Source: Eledone cirrhosa (Eukaryota). Taken from it: a stretch of 64,000 nt of DNA. Below, piece by piece: positions 61,911 to 64,000 of the stretch (the stretch's first letter is position 1; every line of letters starts with the position of its first letter). The stretch is taken from positions 355,880,001 through 355,944,000 of the forward strand of contig OZ024743.1 in NCBI GenBank assembly GCA_964016885.1, read 5' to 3'. The notes under the pieces are model-generated. The model was not told the origin of the DNA, ran no database searches, and saw only the letters and a list, made by a program, of their open reading frames with translations. The translations under genes were made by a program, and so were the position numbers.

Positions 61911-62479
61911 TATACTTACAGTGTGTTTACCTTTTATGCAAAGATGTGTTCATGTACACAGTGCATAAAGCAAATTCACGTAATTCAAGTCCAATTTTTT
62001 GATAAATAAAAAAAATTGAAAACAACACGCGTTACAGCATGTGATTCGCGCAAAGTGAATATTTGATAATAATTTTTCAAGAGATGTTAAAGAGAATTTG
62101 CCTACTTCAAGTTCACGTAAAAAGCAAACAGACTGTATATGTATATATTGTGGAAAATGGATATTAAATGATTATATATATACACACACACGCACACACA
62201 CACACACAAACAAACACACACACACACATATATATATATATACTCATTTATATGTATATGTGTGTGTACATCTGTGTTCATGTTTGATTCTCTGTTTATA
62301 TCCCCAAACTGTGCAGTTTGATGAAAAAAAAAAAGATCAATAAAATAAGTAGCAGAGTTGATATGATCAAATACCTTAAGGCAGTGCCTCAGCAAAGCCA
62401 CAGTCTAGACTGAAACCAGTAGTAGAATATAAGAAGAAAACAAACTGGGATATGTAAAGAGTTATATAGAAGTTTATGA

Positions 62480-62910
62480 AGACCTGTGACTTAGTGGATA
62501 GAGTGTTGGGTTCACTTTGTTTTCTTGAGAAAGACACTTTATTTCACATTACTCCAGGCTACTCAGCTGGCGAAAATGAATTGTATCTGTAATTCAAAGG
62601 GCCAATCTTGTCACATTTCGCTGAATCCCTCCGAAAATTGTTAATCCTTTAGCATTTAAACCGGACATATCCGGCCAGAATCCCCTCACTTCTTTCTGTT
62701 CAAATCTCATAGATTCGATATTTTGTGAGATAATTATGTAAAATAAAGCATTTATCACAAAAAAATTACAATAGTAAATGTAGAGTAATGTTAATAGCTA
62801 AAGGGTTAAGAGTGCACATGCCTATAGAATGCTCAGTCACTTGCATGTTAATTTTACAAGAAGGCTGTTCTATTGACAAAAAAAAACAGGAACACTGGTC
62901 GTAACCAATG
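62480..62910 (+). mobile_element. OR-like SINE interrupted by TTAA MITE copy 10 (62641-62809, internally deleted)
   Basis: GTGACTTAGTGG head...TTCAAAGGGCCA...GAAAATTG|TTAATCCTTTAGCATTTAAA...CTAAAGGGTTAA|GAGTGCACATG...TGCTCAGTCACTTGCATGTTAAT. Confidence 0.8.
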
Positions 62911-64000
62911 AAGGTCCAATAAATATAGAAATTTAGGATATCATGAGTAGAGGTTAAGTGAGAGCATTGTCCAACATCCTGTGGAGGGGAATAGGGGTGA
63001 GATAGAGCTGACATACAATAACCAGTAGAATGGACACTGGAACCTTGACATCTCTTTCTATTTCTTCACAAACATAGACAAAGAAACAGACACACACATT
63101 TGGCTGTGAATATGTGCTAGTATGTGTGCATGCATGTGTGTGTATCCCTGTGTCAACATTATTAGCATTAGAGACCAGAAAAAATACCATTATAAAGACA
63201 GGTGTATGCATATATATATATATATGCATGCGTGTGTTTGTGTTAGCATTTGTGCATTCATGTGTGTGTATATATATATGTGCATGTATGTATATATGTG
63301 CATGTAAGCATATGTGTGCATGTGGCAGTGAATGTAAGAAGATAAGGTGACAGTACATTAACATAACAGCTGAAAGGCAATGGATGAGAGTGAAAGGAGG
63401 AGGGAGGAAGAGGAGGTGCAGTGTGAGTAGGAGGAATATTGAAGGTAGCAGCTATAGAAATCAGTGGTGAAGTCAGGTGTCCATGACATATCAATGGAAT
63501 GACTGACAGTATCTGCCATCATTTCCACTTTCTTTCACTTTACAAGGAATACATGGCACACTAACACACACACACACACACAATCACATACATAAATATA
63601 TATACATATATATATACATACACACACATTTTTCATTCATCTGCTTCGGATCCACTCCTGGATGAAGCCTCACCATGTGGTGGCTGACTTATCTATGCTA
63701 TATATATAGAGAGAGAGAGGGGGGGGGGGGATAGAGAGAGAGGGGTGTAGGGTGGAAAGAGAGAGATGTTAAACTAACACAGCAAACATCAAAATTTATA
63801 CAATAGATATCAATCTGACAACTGAAACTGAATCTGGATATAATCTAGTTCTCATTGTATTAACAACAACATAACATACATACACTGAATACATGATGGT
63901 ATAACAGCCACAGTCAAACATAACAGTTAATATAGCAAAAAAAAAACAATTATCAGACACTGAGTAATCAGAACATATATAAAATAAATAAATACATGAT

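Overview
This is AT-rich, repeat-dense eukaryotic DNA. The tRNA-derived SINEs resemble the octopus OK/OR families as I recall them, so an octopod cephalopod is likely (inference, not searched). The only host gene I can support is one minus-strand exon at 1-402 encoding an N-terminal C2HC zinc finger; it runs off the left edge. The rest is mobile and repetitive DNA: a near full-length CR1-clade LINE (PHD-type ORF1 with one frameshift, intact APE+RT ORF2), a non-autonomous Helitron, several RTE fragments, a mariner fragment, ten copies of a TTAA MITE, many SINEs, and mini/microsatellites. The long low-complexity ORFs in the track are repeat artefacts. Four signals stand out. (1) About a dozen minimal type I hammerhead-ribozyme motifs from several sequence families lie mostly next to (TA)n tracts, several inside near-perfect 150-293 bp fold-back palindromes, and most share a C-C mismatch in helix II. 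They look like Penelope-like/retrozyme-like non-autonomous elements. (2) An in-frame G_GGA_AAC -1 slippery site joins LINE ORF1 to an ATG-less ORF2. (3) A three-junction templated insertion with microhomologies lies at 5.8-6.9 kb. (4) A SINE family and an RTE LINE share a 3' tail. Coordinates were read by eye; boundaries of degenerate repeats are approximate.
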